Positions 37,360 through 50,763 of a stretch of DNA of 64,000 bases are shown piece after piece. The stretch lies in NCBI GenBank assembly GCA_002633005.1, contig NMRA01000433.1, positions 62,001 to 126,000 on the forward strand, written 5' to 3'. The notes below the pieces were generated by a model. It did no database searches and was not told where the DNA came from. It saw only the letters and a program-made list of their open reading frames with translations. A program made the position numbers and the translations under genes. Source of the stretch: Phoronis australis. Lineage: Eukaryota > Animalia > Phoronida. How positions within the stretch are numbered: position 1 is the first letter of the stretch; every line of letters begins with the position of its first letter.

Positions 37360-40300
37360 CATAATTCAACATTCAACCTCACCAACCAATCAATCATTTC
37401 AGTGACCACCGAGTTTGAAAGGTATGCCAATTAGCTCCCGAGTGTACTTGGGAATCTTGTGAAATATTACAACTTCACATGAGTGATTTTGCCACTTTCT
37501 TGCATCTACAGAATGCATCCTTGGTAATCAGACAGGAGATTAAATGGTGTGCTTGGACCAAAACCAATCAGGCTTTATGGCCTTACATTTTAAAAACTAA
37601 AGAGACAGCCTAATTTATTCCTGTGCGTTTGGACCATTTATTCATTTAGGATTCAAATTCCATTGAAACACAACGCATGAGCTCAAATTCGAATGAGTGC
37701 CTGCAAGAACGATACAACTCTGTTGCTATGGGAGCCACGGTCACAGCATAAACCTATCCAAGAGGATCACAAAGACGTAAGTTCTTGTAACTAAAAAATC
37801 CTCGCATCTACATTTCTCTGTTATCTGGTGATATACCAAACCCACACTCCATTATACTGCATTTCTCCAGGAACCCCTCTCTTGAAATGGAGGGTAATGG
37901 AAATATTCATCGCTCTCTTTTTTCATTTTTCGTCGAAACTGATTTGAGAACCTGAAAAATAGCATCACGAATTGCTGCCCAGTTCCGGTTATTTGAAATT
38001 ACAGATCCTTTCGTATTTAGGGGCACAACCCTTGGAGTGAGGCCTGTTGATGACATGCGTGTGGTACCCTTTTCGTGTTTTTTATTGATGATTTCCTAAT
38101 GGGCCGCCCACAGAGATGGAGCTCAATGGTGGAATCGATTGGTTCTATTTCCTGTATTTGTGAAATCGTTCAACCTCTTCTCTTAAAAGCAGGTCAAACC
38201 TTGGAGGATAACACGAACATGAAATTAACTGCTACTTTTTTCGTTTTAATGATATTTAACCTTTTCTATATATCAATATATCTATATCTATATTTCTTTA
38301 TATTGTGTATATGTATATGTAAAGTATATCAAAGCATTCGGCCGAAACAACCAAAAATGATGGCATTGAAAAACACAATAGGATAGACCGCAATAGAAAG
38401 CAAGGAAGTTTGAAGAAATCGAAGACCACTATTTTTGAATTACATGTACACAAAAGGAAAATTTCCGACGGATTTATACCGATGATATGTCGCTGGTTTT
38501 CCCTTAGTGTCCAACCAATAGTAATGTTTTTTGAGGATTGTTCCTATAGGAGCTGCTTGTTAGAAACTTGCAAACTGTAGAACAAACTATCTGCATAGCA
38601 TACGCTTTTGTTTTTCTGCACAAACGACGTTTCGTTGAAGGGGTGAGTTTTGAATAATTGTGTTGCGTGACAGTTTCTCAAATGACATTATCGTTTTTGG
38701 GTTCGAGAATAAGTTTTTGATTTTTGTTGAATGACGCGTACTTTTTGATATTGACCAGAGCCATAAAGGATCAAAATCTGTTGTTCGTGTGATTTCATTA
38801 CAAATCGCCAATATTCCACGTTGCCTGCCATACATTCGCTGAAATGACTGCCGGTGTATTTACCTACTGGAGACATAATTCAATAGCTTAGTTTTCATCA
38901 AATGACTATCAGCCAGTTGCGAGAAATGCCGATTTGTAATAAAAAAAGACCACGACTACAAAGACGTTTGCTGTCTAGTAGCTTTTACAGAAGCCAATCA
39001 AAACCAACAGTAATCCTAAAATCCGTTACTGGGCCCAAAAACTGAATGAGTCCCTTTAACTGACTTCCTGTGATTTCCAAGTGTGCAAAAAATTGCAGAC
39101 AGTTGGTTATCCCTAAAGACCATGTTGGGACCGGGAGTCGAACCCGGGAAGGGGCAGAAATCTTTTCAGACTTATAACTGTCCATTAGGTGGCGTGATAA
39201 GGCCAAAAGGTGGCGTGCAGACCACACTTAAAAATGTTTGCCGCGTACACATTCACAGTGTACTGAGGGCAGTAGAAGCAGCGACAGGCATAATGCCGTC
39301 ATAACAAAATGGATAATAATGTGTTAAGAAAATTTGTTTTGATGGTCCATGTAAGTACAAGTAGCGGTTGCTGAAGGAAACACGTTTCTTGATGAGCCAG
39401 AAAAAATTACGTTTGTCAGCAAGTCTTGATTGTGTCGCCCGGCGACACTGTCTTGATATTCACTTTGAAGATCCCTGGGAATTAATCACCTGTAATAAGA
39501 TGTCATTGATAGGGCGATTGGTGTTGTATAGTACTAACCATTTCTCCACTCTTCCATCTGGACAGGATGAGAGCCAATGTACCTCAAAGACTGGTGATGC
39601 CTCAGGGCTGTTCGTTTTTCGACTTTTTGTGGACTCCTTTTCAGTGTTGGCGATCTCAAAGAATGTCCTGACTTAAAGTTTCACGTCCCGTCACAATAAT
39701 CGGACAATTTTCCACAAATGAACGTTGTTGATAGGGATTTTTTTACTAAAGACAACGTTGGGCTGCAAAAAGTAGGCCCACCCCACTGACCAGATAAATT
39801 GTTCAATCACATTTACGAGTCCTGTTTACCGAAATCACGTTAGGGTAACATGCAGTTTGCTCTAAGCTAGTTCTTTAGTGATGGTATTCACCGAGTCTAA
39901 ATGAAGGTTTGTATCTTACACGTGCAATACCACAAGCATCCGATTATTTAGAACAGTATCAGTTTGATATTTTGGCTTAGTAGTGAAGATTTGCCGTATA
40001 CAATAAAATAATATCCACGTCTTCAATAAGAATTTGTTAATCAGTTTTACGACTAGCCCTTGTGTAGACTTGGTTGTTCTGGGAACAAGGTTTAAAGTGG
40101 AACGCAACCGTGTATGATGCTATGTTTAGTAAAATGCAGATCCTTGGTTATCTTAGAAAGACATTTTCGCTTGTTAATTACTGTTCCCTTTGTTTTTATT
40201 TACTAACAATGGACCAATATAGAGTGACGTCAATGGCCCATTTCAAGGTCACCATTTTAGTTTTGGAATCACTTCCATTGAGCAAACACAGTGTCCTATT

Positions 40301-40990
40301 TACTATTTAACGCAGTCTGCGCAGGTGACTTGCGCTTTCTCAATGGACATGAATACAGAACTTACCACGCCAAGGGAATGGTAATAAACAAGGAATTTGT
40401 ATTTTTACAGATGGCATAAAAAGGTAATACAAATTTCAGCTTTAAAGTTACAATTGAGAACTAAAGTCTAATCAAAAGATCATGATCTGAGGCTCGATAG
40501 GCAGTCGTGGTTGTTATGAAAGTGATGTAGCTGGGCTTCATATCTGAACACTAAAGATAGAAAATTGAACACATACATTTATACCAAGAGCTAGAATTAC
40601 AAGTATGTCCCCCAATCAATTACCTATTAAACTAAGGCTTTGACATGACCCATGTCTGTGCCTCATTTTAAAGTACAATAAGGTTCATTGGTCGTTGTTT
40701 GCAACATTATATGGTCAGCAATGGCGGATTTCTGGAAGATGGTTTTAGAATCACCTTGGTAAACAGGCGATCCGATTAGGAATTCCTGCTCACCACTGAT
40801 ACTGTGCAAAACAACCATGTAGAGAAAATTCCCATCACCCACCCTGACAACAATTTTTCCCTGTTTAACCAGAGAATTTATCTACATTAGAAAAGTTGTG
40901 AATTTTAAAAAACAATTACCTTTACGACAAAAACATTGGCTCAAGGAATCTAGCTTTGACGTGTGATAATCGAGCGCCGTCTGTTGTTTT

Positions 40991-41392
40991 TCACGAGCAG
41001 CTGTTAGCGTTTGTTTGATGTCTTTTGGCTTCATCTTGTGTAAGCCTGCTCGTGTTCAAAATCCGGTCCAGTTTATCTCTATTGTTTGAAATGAGGGAAT
41101 TTAGATTGTAAGTTTCGGTAATCTTAGTTTTAACGTCAGCCACATTCAATGCAAGGCATGACAGTTTGCTGGTGAAAGCCTTCGTATTTGCTATATTACT
41201 TTGAGCCAGTGACAGAAGATTTGCGTTGATGGCAGACAACAAAGTATTCATCTGGTTGTGCAACCCCGACATGCGTTCCAGACCAGTTTTGACATCTGCA
41301 AGAGTCACTACCGTATTTTCAAAGGACGCAGTCGTTCGTGCGCGATAGCTGTTATCAGAACACCCGGAAGTGACGGTCACGTGAACCGATGC
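40991..41392 (-). CDS. Putative coiled-coil exon of an unknown gene (possibly frameshifted; may extend to a donor near 40920)
   Basis: Strong acceptor cttctcttattttag|GCA and ~130 open codons with heptad-like L/I spacing. A shifted frame continues AAREKQQTALDYHTSKLDSLSQCFCRK G|gtaatt. Confidence 0.45.
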   Translation of the reverse strand, partial: ASVHVTVTSGCSDNSYRARTTASFENTVVTLADVKTGLERMSGLHNQMNTLLSAINANLLSLAQSNIANTKAFTSKLSCLALNVADVKTKITETYNLNSLISNNRDKLDRILNTSRLTQDEAKRHQTNANSCS

Positions 41393-42520
41393 CTAAAATA
41401 AGAGAAGCATCTCTGAAGGAAAACAAGTGTCGACTCCTTGTCAGTGTCTGTGTTTATATTGACACCTACCGAATATGAGCGTATTTAGGCCCATGAACCA
41501 AAACCTGAAATATTTTCATAAAAGGGTTTTCTCAAGTCTTGCACATGTGCACATGCGCTTAAATTCCATTTATAGTGGCACACAGCGTTTTTGCGCACTA
41601 GCACCTTACTCCGGAGATAAATCTAGCTTGCAATTAACCTAGTACTTTTCACCGAATTTATTTTGCTTTGAACTCCTTACGGATATAGAATTGTTCCTTA
41701 TCCCATACGCGTTGAATTTGTCGAGGGAAATACGGCCATGTAATAAAGTTTTCCGTATTCACCTCACGCACTACTTCAACAGCGACCTCCGACATGGAAA
41801 GTTCAAAAGGTAGGTCAATGTCGACTCGACGTTTTCAGCCAGTTCAATCATCAAACATTCCGAATATAGTTTAAAGTAATACCGTTGCAGCAATGTAACT
41901 AACACTCGACATGCAACCAGTCCCTAAACGGAAAATCTGGAACAAAACTGTTAATTATAAGACACTTATGTCTCAGTTTTCAGTTGCTGAATAGGCCTAC
42001 TATATCGTCTGCAACTCAGGCACCGATTCCTAGGAAACTAAAATATCAAATATTTTTGTTTTTTAACTATTTCCAGGAGATGTTACAAGCTCACTGCACA
42101 GTTGCAGTTGTTTTCATCTTTGCTACCTCTTTTCAAGAAATAAATCGTTACTTTTAAAACTGTTTCTTTTACAAGAGAAAACTTGCAACTTAACGCGCAA
42201 GTACACATATAGGATGTGATCCGCTTTGCGAACAGTCTTGGTAAAGTAATTGAAAGATCTGCCAAAAAATGTAAGAAACTTAGGGATTCGAAGGGCATGG
42301 GATAAATACAAAACGTACCTCGATTGGCGTACATGAAGTAATATCCCACGAGACATTATTCCGCGTATCTACCAAGACCGAAGGTCGAGGAAAAAGGTCC
42401 ACCAAGAGAGGATCTTTTCTGAACGGGGACCCCGTGAGATGAAAGGCTAAATGTCACTAAGCATGGAAAAGAGTGAAAGTTTATTCCATCGTCATCAATG
42501 GCCCCCATTCAAGAGTTTCG

Positions 42521-42793
42521 CCAATAGACATCTTAAATAAATGCTTTAGACCGGGTGCACGAGCTACTGCAGCTGAAAACTTGACGCCATATTGGAGAGT
42601 GTTGCTAGTCACGTGACGCGGCTAATTGCCGTGTAAACAAACGAGATAAATTGCTCTTTTCAAATCTCGATGGGGGTTCCCAGTGTTTTCCGCCATTTTT
42701 GTCCTGTGTAACACTCGCCAATATGGCGTCATATTGACAACGCGAGCTCCATGCATTTGAGTGGCACGCGCCCGGTCTATGAGATGTCTATGG
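42521..42793. mobile_element. ~270-bp MITE / imperfect palindrome
   Basis: Nested inverted blocks: atagacatct/agatgtctat, tagaccggg/cccggtcta, tgacgccatattggagagtgtt/aacactcgccaatatggcgtca. Confidence 0.75.
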
Positions 42794-43671
42794 TTGGGCC
42801 TCTAAACATAAAAAGATCCATAGTTTCAAAAAAATCAGAAAATGCGCAGCAATTAATGTTATCTGTCAGGTCATCAATTTTCCTCAAGTGATGTAGAATT
42901 TCGAGAAAAAAAGACGAAAAAATTAAGCGACAGATGTCTCCATTATCTTTTGCCAGAGAGCGGGTTCTGAAAAAATGTATTTTGCATTCGCAAATTTGTC
43001 TTAATTTGAAAATCCAGTGAATTTAGAGGCAGTCTATGTAAAAACCAAATTTTCAAAAATCAGTCTATACAAATGTTCGTAGAAAATCAAAACAACTTTA
43101 TTTTTTGTTCATGGCTAGGTATCCTAACAAAAATCTAAATGCCAAATTGTGTGCACTCAGTGACCCCTAATTTCGCCGCTGGAGCACTAGACTGCAATTT
43201 GTCATATTAGACGTCTCCAAAATTGTATCGAGGTAATTTGAACGAACTTTTGAACAAGAAATCTGCTTTAAATTGTTATAAAAATCAAGTCTAAAGTCCT
43301 TCAACTGAAAACATGTTATTTTCTGGATGTATTACGCGAACACTACCAAAACTGAACCCGATGCCCTTTGTCCAATGATTCAGTTGACATTAGATTTGAG
43401 GATATGTAAAAAATTGTACATGTAACCCTTTTGTTTTCTTCCATTATCATTTATTCGACAATTTCATGTCAATTAAATTGAAATTATATCCTTTTAAAGT
43501 TTGAATTTGTAAGAATATTTATTTGTAAAAACTAGTTTTGAGGCTATTATGTTACCGAAGACATAATGAAGACTGAAGGCAATTTCTATTTGTTACGAGA
43601 GCTTTCAGCGAACAATTGCGATCAAAAAAGCTCTGTGCCTTAATTTAGCCAATTATGCTACAGACACTTAA

Positions 43672-46600
43672 GAGTGCAGTACACTTCAGACCAGGCAAAA
43701 ATCCATGTAGGGGTGATAAACCCTATGTGACAGATTTAGATCATATTATGCATTTTTGTTTACTTTCTTATGGTAATTACTAAAATGCACTTTAAACAAA
43801 TTCTATCGCGTTAGGTAGCTTAAAAGTCGGGTACATCAGTTTTCACTGAAAACCACAATCAGAACTTACCCCAATATTCACAGTTTTTGTGACATTGTAG
43901 GAAATTACAGAAGCTGCTAGAAAATGAAATAGCTACTGTTTTGTATAAAGTCATCCATTGTCTTCCTAAAAATGAAAAATAAAAGTGTCAAGTTGCACCT
44001 TAAATTCAACATTTTGGGGTTTGAAAGGTCATGGGGTCATACAAGCAGAAAACATGGATAACTTGCCCAGGTTTGAATGAGTCAATCTCAGCTGAAGCCA
44101 AATTTTACNNNNNNNNNNNNNNNNNNNNNNNNNNNNNNNNNNNNNNNNNNNNNNNNNNNNNNNNNNNNNNNNNNNNNNNNNNNNNNNNNNNNNNNNNNNN
44201 NNNNNNNNNNNNNNNNNNNNNNNNNNGTAAAATTAAGATATGTGCCCACCTTCAACATTGGAAAGGCTCTGAGTTTGGAATGTAAGTGGAAATACAGTCA
44301 ACAAAGAATTTCTGGAAGAACAGAATGTATCGATTCCAGTTGGGTCAGGTAAGTTGTTATGCAGCTGCAGGTCATCAATACTCTATACCTGTTGATAACG
44401 ACTTTATTATATTTGCTTTCTCAACTAGATTCTGACTGCAGTCGCCATGAAGGGCACAACCCTATATGAAGTACGTAAAGCGACACACTCGAGTACTAGA
44501 GTAATTTTAGTAAATTCTTCCAGTACTGACTTGTATTAGTAAAATATTCACTTTATCTCAATATTCAGGGTTTGTCGAAATACATTCCATTTTACGAATA
44601 CGCATGTGTAAAAAGTGGAAACTTGGTGTCCATTATCAAAAGATTTAATCGAGCCCTTGTCTCCTAGCTGACACCAATTTCTCATCTAATTCACCTGTAG
44701 TCACTTCTGATTGGTCACATTGCTCTATCTGTATAACCAAAGATACATAATTTTCCAAATATGCAGTGGAACCTCATTACAATGGGGTCTATTTTAATTA
44801 ACATGGCTAAAGTTTTAACACCATTAAGGTCCCTAATACCTGTAGCATTCAACCCCATGAACAATACTGGGGAAAACATTTGGGGATTCAAAATACAGCA
44901 TTCTATTGGGAGTTCTGTTATGCCTACTTTCCATAAAATTCTATTGCAGGTCTATACAGAAATTGTAAGCGTTTACCAAAGAAGTTAGCCACTTGTATTG
45001 AGCTTACTACAGAAAGAGTACTAGTAAGTAGTTACTTAATGAGTTGGAGTGTTGTTACACAAAACCTTTTTCTGAGATTCTTGGTTCCAGGATTAAGTGC
45101 ATCAACATTCAATGATAGCAAAACAGTAGTTGTAGTAGATTTTTATTTCAGTTGTATTGTGGTTGCTTATAAACCTCATAGACAAATAAAAATGCCTTGC
45201 ATTCAGTGAATTTTGCATCTCTGAAGTTTTACTGCACAAGTTGTCCATTGTTACAGGAGTATGTAACATCAAGGTTTGCGCAAATTGCCTCAAATATAAA
45301 CAGGGCTGGTGGGATTGTAAACTGTGCATTGACTCAAAAACTGGTGACGGTCTCACTAACTCATCTGCTAGCAAACATTACTGATGGACTGTAACAATGT
45401 CCTTGTATTTGCAGACAAAACACTTTGCATGTATTCTGTATTTACTGTCTTGTCAACCATGTCTCTCAGACAAAGTGGATTTGGCTCCACGCAATGCGAT
45501 TTTTAGGTGCATAAGTTATGTTTTGCGAGTTTGGGCCAGAGCTTGTGAGTCAATGGATAGCGTTAACAGACCTTGAACTACACTGTACTGTATGTTTTTT
45601 TGAGGAGCTATGTTCATAAGTGCACAATCTGTTTAGTTCTGTTTCAGTTATTTCACCACAACTGTCAACATTTGAAAATTCCTCTGATAGGGAAGACTAG
45701 ACTGCTTGTAATGAAAGCTTACTAGGTACTCCAAATAGGTCATAACAGGATTTTTATAGTTGCTCCGGGTTGTTTTAGTGACCACTGAGGCAAATTTTGA
45801 AAGGTGCATTTAGCTAAAAATATTGAAGATGCAACTGTATTCCTTTTAGCCTGAAAATCATGTACTAAAACATAAAATTTTCTCAATCAGCATCGTGGCA
45901 TGAAGAGTGTTGGATCTTGTCTTAACTTTATGGCATTTCGAAGTCGTGGCAATGCTATATATCAAAATTGATGGTTTTTCAGGTTTTAGTAGTGAACTTA
46001 CATTTTGATTAATTGACGACACCTTTTGTTTTGAGTGCTGCTTGCACACAATGAGGGTTGCATGCATATGTGAGTGGCCATCCTTCCAAGCTATTTTGAA
46101 TGGTGAAAATAAATACTTTGGGGAAAGGCTATTGATGGAAAATGTAATTCTTGTGTTTACGGATTAAGTTGCATATAATTGTAATATTTACAGACAAATG
46201 TTTCAAGTGGAAACGAGGGGGACCAACCATCATTCTGGCTGCCCACGCCTTTGCCAAAGATCCATAAGTCGAATCTGTTTCTCACTGCTGCATCTGATGG
46301 AAGAGTCAACCCTGTTAGGACCCAGCTTCTAACTGACATCGATGAATTTGCCGAAAGGTCCTAGCGATATTACAAACAAAAAGCCAGCAAAGCATTATAT
46401 GTTACCCATGAATGTATTGCTCCTGGTCATATTGATGTTCTGAAGAATGTCTCTCACCTCAGCAGATTAAATATTTTCCTGTTTAGCAGCACTCAATCGT
46501 TCTGGGAAACTCGCACAATTTGGTGCCTTTGGAATGAAAAGAATCGCTGAGGAAGACCGTCAATTTGAACTGTGACAAAAGATTGTCGAGTCAATAGAAT

Positions 46601-48675
46601 TGCCGCAGTAGCACATTTCATGTATACAAGACTCAGAGACATTTGAAATACACTATGTCAAAAGTAGTCAGACAAAATGTTATTTCCATTTCGTGACGTG
46701 TCATCTATGCTGACTAAAGGTGTCTCGTTGTACACCTAATTTGCTCGCATTTTGTAAATGTGACCACATTTGTTCTTTTCTATTTACTTGATTTACGACG
46801 TGTAATTTGCCTGTGTCAGCCTCAATGTAGTATTACTATACTCTAAACTACTTTGGTTTTTGTTTAATATTTGGCTATCTTATCGTTTTGCTACATAAGT
46901 ACAGTATAACCTGCTCTGCTGCATCTCTATCTCTAACATAATAAACAATAATTTAAATCATGACAGTTTTTAAATATTGCCCAACTTTGTTCCAAAATCT
47001 CTTTGCAGGATTACCCAGGTTCACCTATATGCAGTCTGAATGTTAACTTTGTGTGTTTTATTTTCGTTTTGCTGCACATGAATTGTCTTATGATNNNNNN
47101 NNNNNNNNNNNNNNNNNNNNNNNNNNNNNNNNNNNNNNNNNNNNNNNNNNNNNNNNNNNNNNNNNNNNNNNNNNNNNNNNNNNNNNNNNNNNNNNNNNNN
47201 NNNNNNNNNNNNNNNNNNNNNNNNNNNNNNNNNNNNNNNNNNNNNNNNNNNNNNNNNNNNNNNNNNNNNNNNNNNNNNNNNNNNNNNNNNNNNNNNNNNN
47301 NNNNNNNNNNNNNNNNNNNNNNNNNNNNNNNNNNNNNNNNNNNNNNNNNNNNNNNNNNNNNNNNNNNNNNNNNNNNNNNNNNNNNNNNNNNNNNNNNNNN
47401 NNNNNNNNNNNNNNNNNNNNNNNNNNNNNNNNNNNNNNNNNNNNNNNNNNNNNNNNNNNNNNNNNNNNNNNNNNNNNNNNNNNNNNNNNNNNNNNNNNNN
47501 NNNNNNNNNNNNNNNNNNNNNNNNNNNNNNNNNNNNNNNNNNNNNNNNNNNNNNNNNNNNNNNNNNNNNNNNNNNNNNNNNNNNNNNNNNNNNNNNNNNN
47601 NNNNNNNNNNNNNNCTAACCAATACCATTTCAATACATCTCTTTTTTATGACTAACTACTTTGCTGTCTGATTTGTTCGGGTTTGGTGATGTACACTGTA
47701 TGGAGATGCAGTTGTCTCCTAACGGCCCAACACACCTATTATTGTTTTTTATAAAATTCGTTGAATTGAGATGCGTCGGGACACGATCAACCGACTTCGA
47801 GAACATTAGAAAACTAAATTCCAATCAGACCCACACATTAAAATTTCAGAATTTGAGTTCCCAGTTATGAATAACTGAAGACTTACTTTATAGAGTTTTT
47901 ACTCAACCATAATGCATTTTGAAACGGTGAGTATATGCACATGTTATTGGCAGCGTTATCGTCAGGGTGAAAGGAAACCAACGTGCCTTGTTGTGCTTCT
48001 CACTATTTTCTGTAAAGTAACAAAATTATAGCTCTCTTGATATGTTCGATCGCCTATTTTAAGATTTCAAAACTGTATTTTGAATCCTCGCATACATTTG
48101 TTACTATGCACACATTGGCCGGTTGCATAATTTTGGTGAGGTGCCCTACTTCTAGAGCCCGAAGCGGTATGAGGAAGAGTGATTGCCTAGACTTTTTATG
48201 GTTTTATTTTGTAGAGCTAAGATCAATCTAAACACTGATTGTAGTTTTGTTGTTTTAAATTTGGCTTCAGCTGAGATATTGAGGCAGGAAGTAGGGCAAT
48301 TTTCAACATTTTGGAATCACCACGAACTAGCTAAACTGGTAGCCTTCAAAAACGGTTAAGATGTAACTAAAACCTTGACATTTTCTATGACTGGCAAGTT
48401 GAAAGACACACCAATTCAGTGATTAACTTGAAGTGTTTCATTTTGCACTACTGTTCTCAAGGTAAGTTCGCAAAAAGTGCCAAAATGTAGCTGTAACGAG
48501 GCTTGGAATTGGCAGAAAAACAACAGGTTCCCATAGCAACCACAAAGTGGCGCACGCAAAAAATTAATGTTGGTATGAAGGTTGGGGCATCAACCCCTAC
48601 CATCATGCAAACAATCGAGGAAATCCGTGACATAGCCTTTATCACTTTTTGCCTGGTCCATTCGTGGACGTGCTC
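43672..48675. mobile_element. TTAA-flanked TIR element (Kolobok/piggyBac-type target site), ~5 kb including gaps
   Basis: The left end TTAA|gag..gaccaggcaaaaa..gtgataaa..ctatgt..gattt is an imperfect inverted copy of the 78-bp block that ends ..gcctggtcc..gctc|TTAA at 48602..48679. Confidence 0.55.
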
Positions 48676-48872
48676 TTAAGGTAATCGACGTTTGACAAAA
48701 TGGACAGTGGCTTCCATCGTCCTCAAATTTTGACGGCGACGATGGCCACTTAGGCACTTTAATTTAATTATCATTGCACCTACCTAAGTAATTAATCATG
48801 CAAACAATCGAGGAAATCCGTGACATAGCCTTTATCACTTTTTGCCTGGTCCATTCGTGGACGTGCTCTTAA
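48602..48872 (+). repeat. 78-bp identical repeat at 48602..48679 and 48795..48872 (third, 74-bp copy at 51062..51135)
   Basis: atcatgcaaacaatcgaggaaatccgtgacatagcctttatcactttttgcctggtccattcgtggacgtgctcttaa. The third copy begins at the n at 51061. Confidence 0.92.
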
Positions 48873-49435
48873 AGTGAAACTAGTTCGCACCATGGAGTGT
48901 TTTGGATTTACTGTTGTCACGTAAACGAAACGTTGACTTTTAAATTGATATTTTTAAGGTTGAAAGCAATTACAGGTGATTCTAAGCACTATTTCTAGTA
49001 AAAGGATTGTACTTCCCCAAATCGGATCTGTGGCCATTGTCGATAAACTTTTAGTTACCTGTTACGTTTTATGTTAATCTTTTGTCTCTGCGGATATTTT
49101 TGGATTTTGCATATTAAGTGATTTGTTATTCTTGGTGTCATTGCTGTAATTTTAGTTGAAAAAGTCTGCTGTTGAAACGTAAACTTTTGTTGTAGTCCTT
49201 CCTGGCTATGTAATCACATTATCTTTGGTTGTGTTTCATGATTTGGTAGTGATATCTCTGGTTGTACATTCCATTTTGCTCCCTCAGTTATCGCATAATT
49301 GTCATAGACTGAGAACGATGCAATTATATTATTAGCCTCATTTAGTTTTCACTGCATTGTATGCATGACTGTTGATGAACTCATTTTTGAAGTGGTTTTT
49401 AAGATTTTGATATTTCACTTATGTTCACTTATTTT

Positions 49436-49600
49436 AAGAAACTAGTGTATTTTAGGAAGTGCATTTTATTTTCTGCAAATAATCACTGTTAATGAAATGT
49501 TAATAGAACTCTAGTTTAAGGAACTAGTGTATTTTAGGAAGTGCATTTTATTTTCTGCAATTATTCACTGTTAATGAAATGTTAATAGAAGTTTAGTTTG
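49436..49600 (+). repeat. Tandem duplication, ~82-bp unit x2
   Basis: aactagtgtattttaggaagtgcattttattttctgcaa..aatgttaatagaa is repeated. Confidence 0.85.
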
Positions 49601-49769
49601 TTAAATCTTTATGAGAATCATTAAATTTGTTACTGTACTCCACTCTTGTTTTAGTGAAAGTCGAAATTTTTGAATGTCTGTCCTATTGAAACTTATTTCT
49701 TTTAGAAAACTTCAGTTTTCAAAAGTTTGTTCCTTGAAAACTTATGTTTTGATGACTTATGTTTGTTAC

Positions 49770-50160
49770 TAAAAATTTGTTCCAAAACTTAAGTTTTTCA
49801 AAAACTTAAGTTTCTAAAACTTAAGTTTTTCAAAAACTTAAGTATTTTGGAACAAGTTTTTTGGAACGAACTTAAGTTTTTAAAACTTAAGTTTTCAGAA
49901 AACTTAAGTTTTTGAAAAACTTAAGTTTTTGAAAAACTTAAGTTTTTCGAACTTAAGTTTTTGAAAAACTTAAGTTTTCAGAACTTAAGTTTTTGAAAAA
50001 CTTAAGTTTTCAAAACTTAAGTTTTTTTTTCAGAAAACTTAAGTTTTTGAAAAACTTAAGTTTTTGAAAAACTTAAGTTATGAAAACTTAAGTTCGTTCC
50101 AACAAACTTGTTCCAAAAACTTAAGTTTTTCGATGAAAACTTAAGTTCATTTTTGTAAGG
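49770..50160. repeat. Palindromic minisatellite (AAAACTTAAGTTTT)n, ~15-17-bp unit
   Basis: About 20 tandem self-complementary units centred on CTTAAG, ending in ttttgtaaggga (a possible TE terminus). Confidence 0.9.
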
Positions 50161-50572
50161 GATACGTTTTCTCAGCCATTTAACTTTGCGAGAAGTTTAT
50201 GAAATGTACTTGCTTATCTATGCACGAATGTTCATTGCACTCGAATGAAGTCTGGTCTGCTGGACCATACTTACACGCCTCCTTCAAAAGATGGTACTGA
50301 AAATTAGCGAGAACTGTCGTCTCTTGCTTTCTCACGAGATCTCGCCTGGTTACCAATTTTACGTAAATTCTCGTCAAAACCAGGCGACTCTTGGAAACGA
50401 GTCCACCTTGTTTGTTCAAAGAGAACTTGTTACACCTTAAACATCTAAAAGTTGTTTCTTGTAAATGGGATTATGGACTTCATTACGAAAATGAAATTGA
50501 TCGATTGAAGTGTAGACAGGGGTAATACTGAGTATCGTATATGAAGAGTCACGTGAGAAAACGTTAACTTAC

Positions 50573-50763
50573 CGATGGTTGTTCGGTAAGACAAAGAAAA
50601 ATAGAGACTAGAACTTAAGCCGTCAGAGACAACCGTAACCTCCATCTTGTTACCAGTGCTTTGAATGGATTTTGTGGAAGTATAGCCGCAGAAGCGTCCC
50701 AGTGATGTAGCATTTGAGCCCACACCATCACGCACTTCGATGTAATCGTCACGGCATGGATTC
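50573..50763 (-). CDS. CUB-domain exon (C-terminal half of a CUB module)
   Basis: ctttag|G...G|gtaagt, 191 bp, phase 2 to 1. NPCRDDYIEVRDGVGSNATSLGRFCGYTSTKSIQSTGNKMEVTVVSDGLSSSLYFSLSYRTT matches the CUB pattern C..DY.E..DG......G.FCG......S.GN...V...SD.....F...Y. Confidence 0.88.

Noticed and set aside
39110-39230. Minus-strand gggttcgactccc B-box resembling a tRNA gene
   Set aside because: I could not build a full cloverleaf with normal A/B-box spacing; at most a SINE or tRNA fragment.
44300-46500. Faintly coding-looking minus-strand sequence inside the TTAA-flanked element
   Set aside because: Too many stops, and no motif I can assign with confidence without an HMM search.
48602-48872. 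Identical repeats with a unique spacer, superficially CRISPR-like
   Set aside because: The repeat is 78 bp with only two adjacent copies, in a eukaryotic context with no cas genes, and it matches a transposon terminus.
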